From a virus (Duplodnaviria; Caudoviricetes), in the IMG/VR virus record IMGVR_UViG_3300020577_010124, positions 64,001 through 128,000 of that record: 64,000 nucleotides of DNA, one strand, 5' to 3'. The notes under the pieces were generated by a model, which was not told where the DNA came from, did no database searches, and saw nothing but the letters and a program-made list of their open reading frames with translations. Made by a program: the position numbers and the translations under genes. Of the stretch, positions 1 through 10,273 are shown in pieces (the stretch's first letter is position 1; each line of letters begins with the position of its first letter).

Positions 1-1
1 T

Positions 2-2986
2 CTAAGCGAAAAAACAACGCCTCCTACTGACGGTTCTACTCCTCCAACCCCTACTCTTCTCAAAGCAGGAGACAAGGTGTATGTTTCATATGTTGCGGCA
101 ACAAATCCAATGTTTCGTCATGCAAGCGAGAACATAACAAACTTCTTCTTGTTCCCTTCGCAAGACGCATATCAGTTGCCTCCTCTTGATTTGGTCAAGG
201 GCTGGAACTTCAAGAAGCATAAGTTCAAAGTTCGCAAGAACGAAGCTCAAAGAGCTATTATAGCTGACCTAGATACGGACGCAGCAATTCAAAAGCTTAT
301 CAATGATACGCAATCGGATAGCTCTCTGAATGCTGCGCAAAAAGCAACAAGAGTTGCCGAGCTTCAAGCAACCTTTCTTTTGGAAGAGATTGAAAGTCAA
401 CGGCTTATAGAAACTAAGCAAGAGCGAGCCAATCGAATACCTTTTATCAAAGGTTGTTATTTTGCTGATTCAAGAGGTATTTGTAAGGTTGAGCTAGTCG
501 GCGTTGGAACGGCTCAGGTTATAGTTCCAAGATCTCAAATCAAGGATCAAGCTTGGTTCGACCAGTTGCTGTTAGACTTGCAAGCGGACCCTGTTGGTCA
601 AGCCAATGGAGTCTTTGACGACAACGGTATACTGAATGTTGCTCAGGCAAATAGTTTCTTCTTTGACGATTTTTTGTTTGACATTAGCGATCATGTCAAT
701 ATGGTTTGCTATGATAATGAGAAGTATGGATATGAAAGAAGATTTGCTAAAGCTATAGCCAAATGCAAAATTTTTAACGAGAGCGATCCAACAAGCGGAG
801 TAGGCGCTCCAAATCTTGATTTCTTATTGAATGGCTCTCTCGATAGAGATCGTTTTGATTTGACAAGCGCAAAGTTTGATACGGTTCCAATGCAGGGGCC
901 TGCTCATCTATTTAGCTGTAACGTTACTTTTACCTATGACTTTGGCTTCTGTACTAAGGGAACAATCAATGCGGATATGATTCTAAGAACTCCGACGTTC
1001 TTCCAACAGCTTACTAAGAAGTCAAGAATTTATGTTGAAAGATTCAGTCCTCAGTTTCCGCTAAGACCAGACGGCGGTATTTGGGTTGGAACAAAACCAG
1101 CATTTCAGGATAACTATGCGGTTACGACAAACCCATTCAATTACTTTGGATATATAGTCAGCCCAGACGCTACGACGGGAACGACAAACTATAGAGTGTT
1201 TGAAGACGCTATAGTAAATCAAGAACTTGAAAATCTAAGCTATGACGCAACAACAGCAAGTCATTCATTGCCTGCTGTAGACGGTACTTTGACCGAGAAT
1301 AAAATCAAATACGTAGGCTTTGATAATATTCTAGGGGACCAACCTGGCTATTCTCGCGGAATAGAAATAACAACAGAAAACGCCCTACTTGTAATGAACA
1401 AGATCCCAAAAACTACAGTAAAAAGAGAAAAGTTGCAGTTTACGGTAAATGAAGAAACAGGCAGAGTAAACGTCTCAAGCTCGTCTGCTAAGAAAATACG
1501 CAAGATAGATTTCACATATGTTCCAAACAGCAGAGAGTTTTTGAACGAAAAGGACCGTTTGCTTTCTATTGTGTTTTCTAGTACCAAAACTGTTATAGAC
1601 AATGTTGCTCTACCATATCAAGGATTGTTCTCTACTAAAGAGCGAAAGGTGTCTGTTGATACAAGATATGTTTCTAGCGAAGGCTTTTTTATGGACGGAA
1701 ACATAATGAAGCTAATAACTATAACATCTGTAGAAATAGAGTATCTTGACGAAGTAGATTATGACAAGTACAAGTTTCAATCTTCCATTGTTTCAACGTG
1801 TTTTGATCCTTCTGGTAACTGGCTTATCTTTTATGAAGATCAAGACGGAGCCAATGGAGATACGAGCAAGAATGGATTCAATGCTGATGGTTCTCATTTA
1901 GTTGGACCTTTAGATTCGGGAGCTTTGCCTGGATTGCAAGATAGTACAGCCATAGAAATTTCTTGTTTGTATTCACAAGATTATGGCATTACATGGTTTA
2001 ATCATAAGGCAATAGTTAGAACGGTAGCAGGAGAAACGGTTAGTTCTCCTTATGCGGTAACAGACTATCGCTCGGGTAAAGTTCATTTGTTCTATGTTCT
2101 TAATGATACTTTGATGCACAAAGTTATCAATACTCATCTGCTAAAATATGAAGATGCTTTTCTTGGATACAAGCGACCTTTGGCATTGAATGAATCAACA
2201 AGCCTAGGTTATGGATTGTATCATTTTTCTGTGGCAGGACAGCGAATAAGAGAATCGCCAAGTAGCATTGTTATTGGAAATCTGGACGGAGATTATCTAA
2301 CCAAACAATTAGCTATAACTAAGAATCTTATTGCTAAGCAACGTAGCGACTATCGCTTCTTGGTTTCAGGAGATCTTGCCAACTATAGCGAGGGTTTTCC
2401 TGCGATTGATTTTGCTGTTTACAAAGATGTTGCAGGTTTGCTTAAGGTCATGTTTACAGCTAATGGAAAACTGTATTGTAGAGCTAGCGGAAACGAAGGA
2501 ACTTCTTGGTTTGACGTAATAAAGGATGGTATGCTTATTCATAAGAATAGTAATGTGCAAGAGCTAAAGTCTATAAATACTCTTGGCATAACTTTTGACC
2601 ATAAAACAAATAATAGCTATTTGACATATCAAGTAGACGGCATGCTTTTCCTGAGACGATTTGAGGCAGGTAATTCTATTGGTAATGATAAGAAAATTAG
2701 AGAAGTCTTGGGGCCAGATTCAAAATCTTCTAAGCCTATGTTTGTTATTGGTTCTCTAACAACAGAAGCAAAAACTGCCATTACTAATAAAGAAACGCCT
2801 ATTGCGTTTCCATATGACGACGTAGATTTCTTTGGAGAGGCTTTATCTATATCGCAAGTTCCATGTTTGGGATATGTAACAGCTAGCGGTATTCCGAGAT
2901 TTTTCTACAAAGACGCGCAAGGAACTTTTAGAGCATTCTCTTATCAAACAGTACCTATTCTTGATATAGGTTATAGCAAGGTGTAA
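2..2986 (+). CDS. Large virion protein with Asp-box (BNR) sialidase-like propeller; 5'-truncated by the window
   Basis: The frame is open from position 2 (LSEKTTPPTDGSTPPTPTLLKAGDKV), so the GTG at 77 is probably internal. Asp-box motifs SQDYGITW (~1972-1996) and SGNEGTSW (~2486-2509). Confidence 0.6.
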   Translation, partial: LSEKTTPPTDGSTPPTPTLLKAGDKVYVSYVAATNPMFRHASENITNFFLFPSQDAYQLPPLDLVKGWNFKKHKFKVRKNEAQRAIIADLDTDAAIQKLINDTQSDSSLNAAQKATRVAELQATFLLEEIESQRLIETKQERANRIPFIKGCYFADSRGICKVELVGVGTAQVIVPRSQIKDQAWFDQLLLDLQADPVGQANGVFDDNGILNVAQANSFFFDDFLFDISDHVNMVCYDNEKYGYERRFAKAIAKCKIFNESDPTSGVGAPNLDFLLNGSLDRDRFDLTSAKFDTVPMQGPAHLFSCNVTFTYDFGFCTKGTINADMILRTPTFFQQLTKKSRIYVERFSPQFPLRPDGGIWVGTKPAFQDNYAVTTNPFNYFGYIVSPDATTGTTNYRVFEDAIVNQELENLSYDATTASHSLPAVDGTLTENKIKYVGFDNILGDQPGYSRGIEITTENALLVMNKIPKTTVKREKLQFTVNEETGRVNVSSSSAKKIRKIDFTYVPNSREFLNEKDRLLSIVFSSTKTVIDNVALPYQGLFSTKERKVSVDTRYVSSEGFFMDGNIMKLITITSVEIEYLDEVDYDKYKFQSSIVSTCFDPSGNWLIFYEDQDGANGDTSKNGFNADGSHLVGPLDSGALPGLQDSTAIEISCLYSQDYGITWFNHKAIVRTVAGETVSSPYAVTDYRSGKVHLFYVLNDTLMHKVINTHLLKYEDAFLGYKRPLALNESTSLGYGLYHFSVAGQRIRESPSSIVIGNLDGDYLTKQLAITKNLIAKQRSDYRFLVSGDLANYSEGFPAIDFAVYKDVAGLLKVMFTANGKLYCRASGNEGTSWFDVIKDGMLIHKNSNVQELKSINTLGITFDHKTNNSYLTYQVDGMLFLRRFEAGNSIGNDKKIREVLGPDSKSSKPMFVIGSLTTEAKTAITNKETPIAFPYDDVDFFGEALSISQVPCLGYVTASGIPRFFYKDAQGTFRAFSYQTVPILDIGYSKV

Positions 2987-2988
2987 TA

Positions 2989-5900
2989 ATGTCTGACGGA
3001 TGTAAAGTACCAGCTTTTGCTTCTCCTGGGTGGCCAGGCAAGCTTAAGTTTAAGTGTATTCTTTGGCCTAACTGTCCTTTATACGAAAGAATCAGACAAG
3101 ATCAGACCTTCATCTTTTCTCCTGAAACTCTTACGTATGCGCCTCAAAAACTGAGAGACAAGATTGTTTCTATTGCTGGTGTTGACGGTGGGTTTTTGCG
3201 TCCTCGTCCTAACTTCTATCTACATAATTTTCTTTGCTTCCTCAAGCGAGGAGAATACCAATTCCAGCCTGGCGAAAAAGAAAATATAAATAGTCCGTAT
3301 TTTAAAAACATACCGTCATTGCCTAATCTTGAGTTCTTGGGTCTTGAAGACGCTCTTACTGCAAATGAACTTGTCTTGGAAGGAAACTCGGCTGTAAGCA
3401 GTTCAGCTATGGCTTCGCATCAAACGTGGCTGGCGGACGGAAGCTTGTATTGTACAGACAATGTTTTGCCTTCTGAATATGGTTCATCCCTTGTAAGTAG
3501 AGGCATAAATAATACAGCGAGAGCCGTTAGAGAGTATTTCTGTACAGGATGGGAATACATAACCCAGAAAGTTAGCAACCCTGTAGGTACCAATGGTAGT
3601 AGCGTTTTAACTACTAATGAAACTAAACTAACATCTGTTCATATGCCTTCTGTTACAGGAATAGCCAGTTCTGATGATCCTGTGCAGGTTATGAAAGATA
3701 ACAACATTGAAGACGTATTCAAAGTTTCTGGAAGCGAAAACACATACCGAAATATTAACCCAGGACTTCATTGGAGAGTTGTTAAAAGAACGCCACTATT
3801 CCAAGGCGAAGATTTTGTTATTGAGTTTAGAAAAACAGCTACTGAGGGAGTCTCTAGCGTTAGTTCTACGGCTAAGTTTAGAATGCTCGATAGGTTCAAA
3901 TATCTTGACGTATATACCTTTAATCAACAACTGTTGTGCGGTTCTCTGAATAATGAAGGCTTCATAGATTTTGATAAGAAACAGCAGATTATCGAAGATA
4001 CTCGTAAGGTTTTCGATTTTAGCCGTCAGATTTATTACATGATCGAAATAGGTAAAGACGACCCTGATCATCATTATCTCATAATCATTGCCGAAAACTC
4101 ATTCCCTATATTTTGTCATATAGGCAAGACTCCTTATCTAAGATGTACGCTAAGCTTTACTGGATCTAATTCTAACCCTCCGCCTGCTCCATCTAGAGAT
4201 GCCTCGTCTCCAAGAGATTGCGCAGAATCTACAGACCAAGCGAAACCAGGCGCTAGTACGGATAATGGACGATTGGGAGAGTTTCTTGTTGTAGAAAACC
4301 CTGAAGATCTTGTTCTTCGTAAGCTTGGAACTTATGACGGAGCAAGTTCGTTGACTTTGCTCAAGCAAGACAAGCTTAGGGTATCTATCCGTCAGCATGG
4401 CGGAAACATGATTGTTACTTTTTCTGGACACGAGGATAATCCTTGGGTTGTAAGTCGCAAAGATCTAGACCCAAACTCTACGCCTTCAGGACAACCTGTA
4501 ACAGAAAGCCAAGTTGCTTATAACGTTATCAGAATGCAGATTCCTGAAGCGCAAATAGCAATCATGGGCGGTAACATAAAGACTGCTTTCTCGTTTGTTC
4601 CTCAGCTTTATGATCGAATCGACAACTACACAATGCCTCAGCCTTTTTCTATTGGCGGTCCTGTTAACGTTGACGAGGTTCAGTTTCTATGGAGAGATAA
4701 GGCTATTAGCCAGAATCCAGAAGTGTCTATCAATCAAACGAAGAAATGGCACTACACGAATGAAGCTGGCGAGTATATTGAAATTGCAGTTGACGACGGA
4801 AGAGGAACTCCTGTTGGTATATCTTCTAGCGGTTCCTTTGAAAGAACGGCAGCAAAGCCAGTTCAGATATTGGCTACAGAAGTTCAACCAGAATGGGTTT
4901 TCAAGTATGGTAAAGCTCCTGATATGGTTGATAGTCAAGAAGCTCGCAAAAATGGAATACAACCGTCTGCTTTGATTGTCAATGCATCAGAATGTACGAC
5001 AAGCGCAGGCTCTGTAGCAAATACAAGTAAGCTTATGCAGGCTTCTATATCTGTTGTGCCTGGCGGGTATTTGTTCTACGCTATTGACGGAGGAGAACCG
5101 TGGGCTTTGCAGGGTTGCGTTACTCCAATCGTTTACAATCTACGTTTATATGTTCCGCCGAAAGGATGCGTTTTCAACAAGAGTCCTATAGACGTAAGCC
5201 AGCATGTTCTTACATTTAGCGATGAATGGTCAGAAACAGATTTTCAAAAGCTTGAACATCAAGGTTCTATTTCGTTCCTTATCAGTCAAGGAATGAAGTT
5301 CCCTAATAACCAATCAAACTATTTGTCTCAGCTAAACGGTAGAGCATTCTATCTTCAGATAAGCATGTGGTGGGAAGATGGTATTATGCCTCGTCCTATA
5401 GACGAACAGGATAAGATCATTTTCACTGGATTCTGTGCTGGTGGAGTTATTGCAACTGAAACGAATAAGAAAATACTTGAATGCAAGCTATGCGACTATT
5501 CAAAGATTCTGAAAGATCAAATGTTCTTTAACTCTCCTTACTTTGATAGAATGAGAGATGTTAATGCTATACGAGAAATACTTCAGCTTTCAGGATTGAG
5601 AGACGGAGAGGATAATCAATCAACATTTGAGCCAGGTTCTCTTGTAAGGATTCTTGCAGACTCTGATCCCAAAGACGAATGGTATACGCTGTTCTTTAAT
5701 GGAGAGAAGTTAATAACTAGAGAGTTTGCATTGCCAGGCTCTTATGATATTCTTCAGTCTCCATTCTTACGATTTACTGACGGTCAACCATATTGGGATG
5801 CTATTGAAAAGATAGCCTTGCTTGCTAATAAGGTAGCTTACTTTGACAGATTTGGAGTTTTCAATTTCACTGCATTGCCATACGATCAAGAACTCTTTGG

Positions 5901-6528
5901 CGGACAACAGGGTTCAGAAACTAATTGGGACGTTCAGGATTGGGGAGAGCTAAGCAAGGCTGACTTCTTCGCAACTCCAAAGGGCGCTTTGAATTCAGAC
6001 GGTATGCAGCTAAATAGACAGATCGTTGGAGATTATAAAGTTGAGAGAATCGTCTCTGATGTTGTAAACGAGATTAAAGTTATATCAACGTCTCCTAATG
6101 GAGAAATCTTGATTGCAGGGCATGTCAACTACGCTTCTTTGCATGATCCTGATTCTCCAGGCTTCTTGGGTTATAGAAAGCCATTCTTGCAGATGGATGG
6201 TATCTTTGGTAGCGAAGCAAACGTTAAGTGGATGGTCAAAAACTATACAAGAATGTTTATTCCGCCGCTAAGGGTAACATTTAGAGCAATTGGTAGAAAC
6301 AATATCAAGGCTTTGGATGTTATAACTTTTCAGCCTCTTGGTTCAAGGGAAAAGCAGCCTTTGATTGTAAGTTCTATAAAGAGCGAAGTAAACGCGGAGA
6401 ACGGTACTTGGTTCCAAGACTTTGAGTGCCTATGGCTCTATCCAAGACAGAATGTTGATTGGGGTTCTACTAATGAGGTTGGAATGGGTCTTGATGGTTC
6501 TATATCAGGAAATAACGTAGGAGGATAA
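2989..6528 (+). CDS. Baseplate hub-like protein (gp27/gpD/Tal-type C-terminal region) with long N-terminal extension
   Basis: The C-terminal ~440 aa follow the hub pattern: IDVSQHV...IIFTGF...LECKLCDYSKILKD...GQPYWDAIEKIA...YFDRFG...VNEIKV...GRNNIKALDVITF...IVSSIKSEV. Confidence 0.65.
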   Translation: MSDGCKVPAFASPGWPGKLKFKCILWPNCPLYERIRQDQTFIFSPETLTYAPQKLRDKIVSIAGVDGGFLRPRPNFYLHNFLCFLKRGEYQFQPGEKENINSPYFKNIPSLPNLEFLGLEDALTANELVLEGNSAVSSSAMASHQTWLADGSLYCTDNVLPSEYGSSLVSRGINNTARAVREYFCTGWEYITQKVSNPVGTNGSSVLTTNETKLTSVHMPSVTGIASSDDPVQVMKDNNIEDVFKVSGSENTYRNINPGLHWRVVKRTPLFQGEDFVIEFRKTATEGVSSVSSTAKFRMLDRFKYLDVYTFNQQLLCGSLNNEGFIDFDKKQQIIEDTRKVFDFSRQIYYMIEIGKDDPDHHYLIIIAENSFPIFCHIGKTPYLRCTLSFTGSNSNPPPAPSRDASSPRDCAESTDQAKPGASTDNGRLGEFLVVENPEDLVLRKLGTYDGASSLTLLKQDKLRVSIRQHGGNMIVTFSGHEDNPWVVSRKDLDPNSTPSGQPVTESQVAYNVIRMQIPEAQIAIMGGNIKTAFSFVPQLYDRIDNYTMPQPFSIGGPVNVDEVQFLWRDKAISQNPEVSINQTKKWHYTNEAGEYIEIAVDDGRGTPVGISSSGSFERTAAKPVQILATEVQPEWVFKYGKAPDMVDSQEARKNGIQPSALIVNASECTTSAGSVANTSKLMQASISVVPGGYLFYAIDGGEPWALQGCVTPIVYNLRLYVPPKGCVFNKSPIDVSQHVLTFSDEWSETDFQKLEHQGSISFLISQGMKFPNNQSNYLSQLNGRAFYLQISMWWEDGIMPRPIDEQDKIIFTGFCAGGVIATETNKKILECKLCDYSKILKDQMFFNSPYFDRMRDVNAIREILQLSGLRDGEDNQSTFEPGSLVRILADSDPKDEWYTLFFNGEKLITREFALPGSYDILQSPFLRFTDGQPYWDAIEKIALLANKVAYFDRFGVFNFTALPYDQELFGGQQGSETNWDVQDWGELSKADFFATPKGALNSDGMQLNRQIVGDYKVERIVSDVVNEIKVISTSPNGEILIAGHVNYASLHDPDSPGFLGYRKPFLQMDGIFGSEANVKWMVKNYTRMFIPPLRVTFRAIGRNNIKALDVITFQPLGSREKQPLIVSSIKSEVNAENGTWFQDFECLWLYPRQNVDWGSTNEVGMGLDGSISGNNVGG

Positions 6529-6529
6529 G

Positions 6530-6730
6530 ATGTCAAAGAACGCAGCTTCTAGTTTGTGGAATAATGTTAGAAAAGAGATTGATAAAAGTCGTAGCGCAAA
6601 CGAATCATTCTTGGCGATTAGAAATAACCGACAAGGCTATAGAAGCATGGGTATGTATCAGCTTTCTAAGAATAGCGCTTCGGAAGGCGTATTGGTCGTT
6701 GGCGTAACAAGAGGCGGAAAAGTAGGATAA
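6530..6730 (+). CDS. Small basic hypothetical protein following the hub gene
   Basis: 66-aa ORF that fills the gap between two large genes; GGAGG lies just upstream of the ATG. Confidence 0.6.
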   Translation: MSKNAASSLWNNVRKEIDKSRSANESFLAIRNNRQGYRSMGMYQLSKNSASEGVLVVGVTRGGKVG

Positions 6731-6733
6731 TAA

Positions 6734-9700
6734 ATGGCTGGACTAACCCCATTTTACGGATTGAGTTACTTTACCTTTGGCGACGAGCTAGGCGACGGTA
6801 TCAATGTTCAGCGAGAGATTGATAGATTTCTCGTCATTGATAAACAGCTATATGGCTTGTACGCTATCTTTGGTAATGGAGCCATAAGCGGATGGGATCT
6901 ATCTTTACGAGACGATTTTGGTCAAAACACAATTTCTCTAAATGTAAGTCCTGGTATTGGTATCATCAATTCTCTTGCAGTTCAAACTTCAACAACTAGT
7001 CAAGTTGAGGATCTTCCTCCTAACGAAACAGTTGGAGTTTATGCCATATTGACAAGCGGAACAGTCCGAACGAGAGACGTTCTATTTGCTTGGAGTCGAA
7101 CCATACCTAGCGGTAATGCAGTTCTTTTGGCAAACGTTACAGTTGGAGAGGCTTCTGTAACGAGTATTGATACTTCGGTTCGTCAAGAAATCGGTTTCCT
7201 AGAACTGATTAAGCAAGAAGTCGCTAATCATAAGCATAGAGGAAGTCCATCTAAGATTGATCTTCAAACAGAAACCAGAAATCAGCTTCCTGGCGCTCGT
7301 CTTGAAGATATTGATACTGCAAAAATCACAAGCGGTAGACTCAATCCAGAAAGAATACCTCAGCTTGAGCATGGCGATTTGGCAAACACGGGGCTACTCC
7401 CTCATGCTGCTCTTGATTCATTTACTAGGTTAATAACATCTGGAAATAGACAACTACTAGGCGAAGTAACTTCCGTAGATGTTATGAAGTTGATAACTGC
7501 TCAGTATTATGTTGCTGATAAGCTAAATCTAAACCTCAGCGATCTTGTCGATTTCCCAAACTTGCTTGTATGCTATCCTGGTATTACTCCAAATACCATA
7601 ATGGACTTGGACGCTTCTACAGCCGCCATAGACCTTGTTACAAATTGTATTTCAGGCAAACCCGTAAAGCAAGGTTCTATTTCTTCTATTCTTTGGAAAA
7701 CCAATTCCGCATTCTTTTCAGCATATGATAGAAGTAACGTAAGCATTGCTCTTAATACAGTTACTCTCACTAGAGGCGGCGGCAGTTCTACTGAGATTGA
7801 AGACTTTGAGCAAGTTCCAAGAGCAGGAGTCCCTATTCCTGGCTTCTCAACTGAAGTTCAAGTTGTTACAGACGACGTTGCGGTTACTTCTGAAGACGTT
7901 GCCAGCTTTAGGACTGAAGGTTTTTACAGCGGAAGGTTTGACACGAATCGAGAGTACAGACTTCTTTATACCAGAACTCTAACCCAAAACAAGGATTGGA
8001 GTATTTATGACGAGCTTATCCTTGACGTAAAGAGTATAGCGATCTCTCACGGCGCTGTTTATATGTACTTCATCAATGGAGAAGGGGATACGGCAACGAA
8101 ATCCCAATCATACCTTGTTCTTGGACAAGATGAGATAACAGACAACGTAGATCCTCTTTTGAACAGCTTTGAAAGACGAGTCTTTGATATATCTAAAGAA
8201 ACAAAAAACGATGTTCGAAAGATCGTTTTCTATACAGACGACTCGATAACAAAGCAAGTTTTCTGGGTTGACAACATCTTTGTAAGAAATCAGAATCTAT
8301 TCCCACCAAGCGGATATATTCGTTTCAGATATTCCAGCAGCGTTCCAGTTACGTTCAACTCGATTAACTACGAATCTATTATACCTGATGGTTGCGATGT
8401 TAGAATAAGAATACGAGTCGCCAACTCTTCTGCTTTATTGACAAGAGCGATCTTTACTCCTAATCTACGATCTGGCGATGTCTTCGCTATGCAAGGCACG
8501 GACGCTGAGATTGATGTTATTCTAACCTCAAATACTACAAGAGATAAAACTCCAACGCTTAAGAGTTTGGAACTACAAATCATAGTTGATTCTTCGGTAA
8601 CAGGCTTTACGATTGGTACTGCTGAGGAATGGGACCGTGGTGAGTATATAAATGAACAGCAGAAAAAGGACGACTTCAATCCGTTCATTTCTAACATACT
8701 TCTTCAAGATCCAATCTCTGTAGGAGATCTCTATTACATTTATCAAAATGGCGTAAACGAGAATAGTCCAACAGGAGACGCTGTTTATGGCTTCAGAGGA
8801 TTGTTGTTCAAAGAACTTCTTTCTCCATTGCAAGCTATCAATGTTGCTAACGTTGATTTTGCTCCTGGTTTCAAAAACCCATTTTCTGTATATAGACTTG
8901 AAAATAGAAACTTCATTGTTGCTGATACTGTTAATGATCGAGTCATTGAAACAACTCCTACTGGCGAGTTTGTTCGAGGCATAGGCGGTCATAACGCAAC
9001 CGACTCTGCTTATTTCTATCCGCTTACGGCTGTTTACAATACTCGCAAGGGTACGCTAACGATTTGTTTCAGCCAGTCGATTCAAGTTGACAAGATAGAT
9101 ATAACCAAAATCAAGATATGGATAGGTTCAGCAGGATTGTTGCTTGGTAGTCAAGACACAATACTAGACAATGGAAAGAATGACAAGATACTTGAAATCC
9201 TATTGACTAACGATAAAATAGACCAACTAACAAATCCAGACTTTGACGTAAATGTTGATTTGCTAGCGGGCTTCCTTCCAACTCCATTTAGTTTCCCTGC
9301 GAGCGCAGCAAGACTGATTGGTTCTAAAGGTTTGGCGGTCTTCCTTGGCGACTTTATTTATATGAATGAGATCAATAGACCAATCTATTCAAATGTTCTT
9401 GCAAATGGAAACTGGATGATTGGAAACTCAAGCATAGTTGAGGATTCTGTTTCTCAAGGTTCAACCACTAATATAACGATTGCTGTTGGAGATAGTACAA
9501 CTTTTACAGTAACGGTCGATCCTCCAACCGAAGGTTATCAGCTAACGTGGGAAACAACGATCCCTGCTGAGCTTCAGCAGATAATTACGTTCGATACTCC
9601 ACTGCCAGGAAATCAGGGTACTGTTCATATAAACTCGCCAACAGAAAGTCAGATCAGAACATGGCAAGTTCTATTTACAGCAGTATATGTTGAAACCGCT

Positions 9701-10273
9701 ACAGGACTAACAGTTGGAACGACAGTCAATACCGTAGTTGTCAATATCATTGCAGCAACAGACAGCACAACGGATACTCCATCAACGTTCCCTTCTACTG
9801 TTGAGATTGATTTCAATACAGAGAGCGTAGCGTTCAGTTATAGCGCTCTTAGTTTCTCCGATTTTACTCTTGGCGCAATAAATGAAATTGATTCAGATAA
9901 GATTATGATTAGCGGATTGCTAAAAGAAAGCGATCCTCTTCCTGCTCCTCAGGGCGGAGACACTGACGAAACCTACGAAGAGCAAGCTGTTCGAAAACTA
10001 GAAGGCTATCGAGGAAAGACTATTATTCTCAACAAGAAAGATAGATCTATAACGTTTGAATATATAGCGTCTGATAATTCTTATCCTTCTGACGCTATCA
10101 TGGATAGTAGAGGGTATGTCGTTATTGCTGAAACATCGTTTATTGGCAACTCGGGAAGAGTCATCAAAGTCGATAATGAGGGTAATATCGTTTGGCAAAT
10201 TGGCGGCGGACTACTAAGTAAAGTCAACGACGTTCGAGCAAGGCTAAACGGCCACGTTATTGTAAGCACATGA
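6734..10273 (+). CDS. Tail fibre/appendage-like protein: N-terminal anchor (TPxYGL...ID, HKH, KITSGRL repeat), CBM-like sandwich, NHL-type propeller blades
   Basis: N-terminus LTPFYGL...IDKQL; fibre motif DTAKITSGRLNPERIP; DWSIYDELILDVKS (CBM-like); NHL-like blades FIVADTVNDRVIE and VVIAETS...GRVIKVDNEGNIVWQ. Confidence 0.6.
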   Translation: MAGLTPFYGLSYFTFGDELGDGINVQREIDRFLVIDKQLYGLYAIFGNGAISGWDLSLRDDFGQNTISLNVSPGIGIINSLAVQTSTTSQVEDLPPNETVGVYAILTSGTVRTRDVLFAWSRTIPSGNAVLLANVTVGEASVTSIDTSVRQEIGFLELIKQEVANHKHRGSPSKIDLQTETRNQLPGARLEDIDTAKITSGRLNPERIPQLEHGDLANTGLLPHAALDSFTRLITSGNRQLLGEVTSVDVMKLITAQYYVADKLNLNLSDLVDFPNLLVCYPGITPNTIMDLDASTAAIDLVTNCISGKPVKQGSISSILWKTNSAFFSAYDRSNVSIALNTVTLTRGGGSSTEIEDFEQVPRAGVPIPGFSTEVQVVTDDVAVTSEDVASFRTEGFYSGRFDTNREYRLLYTRTLTQNKDWSIYDELILDVKSIAISHGAVYMYFINGEGDTATKSQSYLVLGQDEITDNVDPLLNSFERRVFDISKETKNDVRKIVFYTDDSITKQVFWVDNIFVRNQNLFPPSGYIRFRYSSSVPVTFNSINYESIIPDGCDVRIRIRVANSSALLTRAIFTPNLRSGDVFAMQGTDAEIDVILTSNTTRDKTPTLKSLELQIIVDSSVTGFTIGTAEEWDRGEYINEQQKKDDFNPFISNILLQDPISVGDLYYIYQNGVNENSPTGDAVYGFRGLLFKELLSPLQAINVANVDFAPGFKNPFSVYRLENRNFIVADTVNDRVIETTPTGEFVRGIGGHNATDSAYFYPLTAVYNTRKGTLTICFSQSIQVDKIDITKIKIWIGSAGLLLGSQDTILDNGKNDKILEILLTNDKIDQLTNPDFDVNVDLLAGFLPTPFSFPASAARLIGSKGLAVFLGDFIYMNEINRPIYSNVLANGNWMIGNSSIVEDSVSQGSTTNITIAVGDSTTFTVTVDPPTEGYQLTWETTIPAELQQIITFDTPLPGNQGTVHINSPTESQIRTWQVLFTAVYVETATGLTVGTTVNTVVVNIIAATDSTTDTPSTFPSTVEIDFNTESVAFSYSALSFSDFTLGAINEIDSDKIMISGLLKESDPLPAPQGGDTDETYEEQAVRKLEGYRGKTIILNKKDRSITFEYIASDNSYPSDAIMDSRGYVVIAETSFIGNSGRVIKVDNEGNIVWQIGGGLLSKVNDVRARLNGHVIVST

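Noticed and set aside
2989-10273. Two neighbouring ORFs both exactly 1179 aa
   Set aside because: No sequence similarity between them; coincidence.
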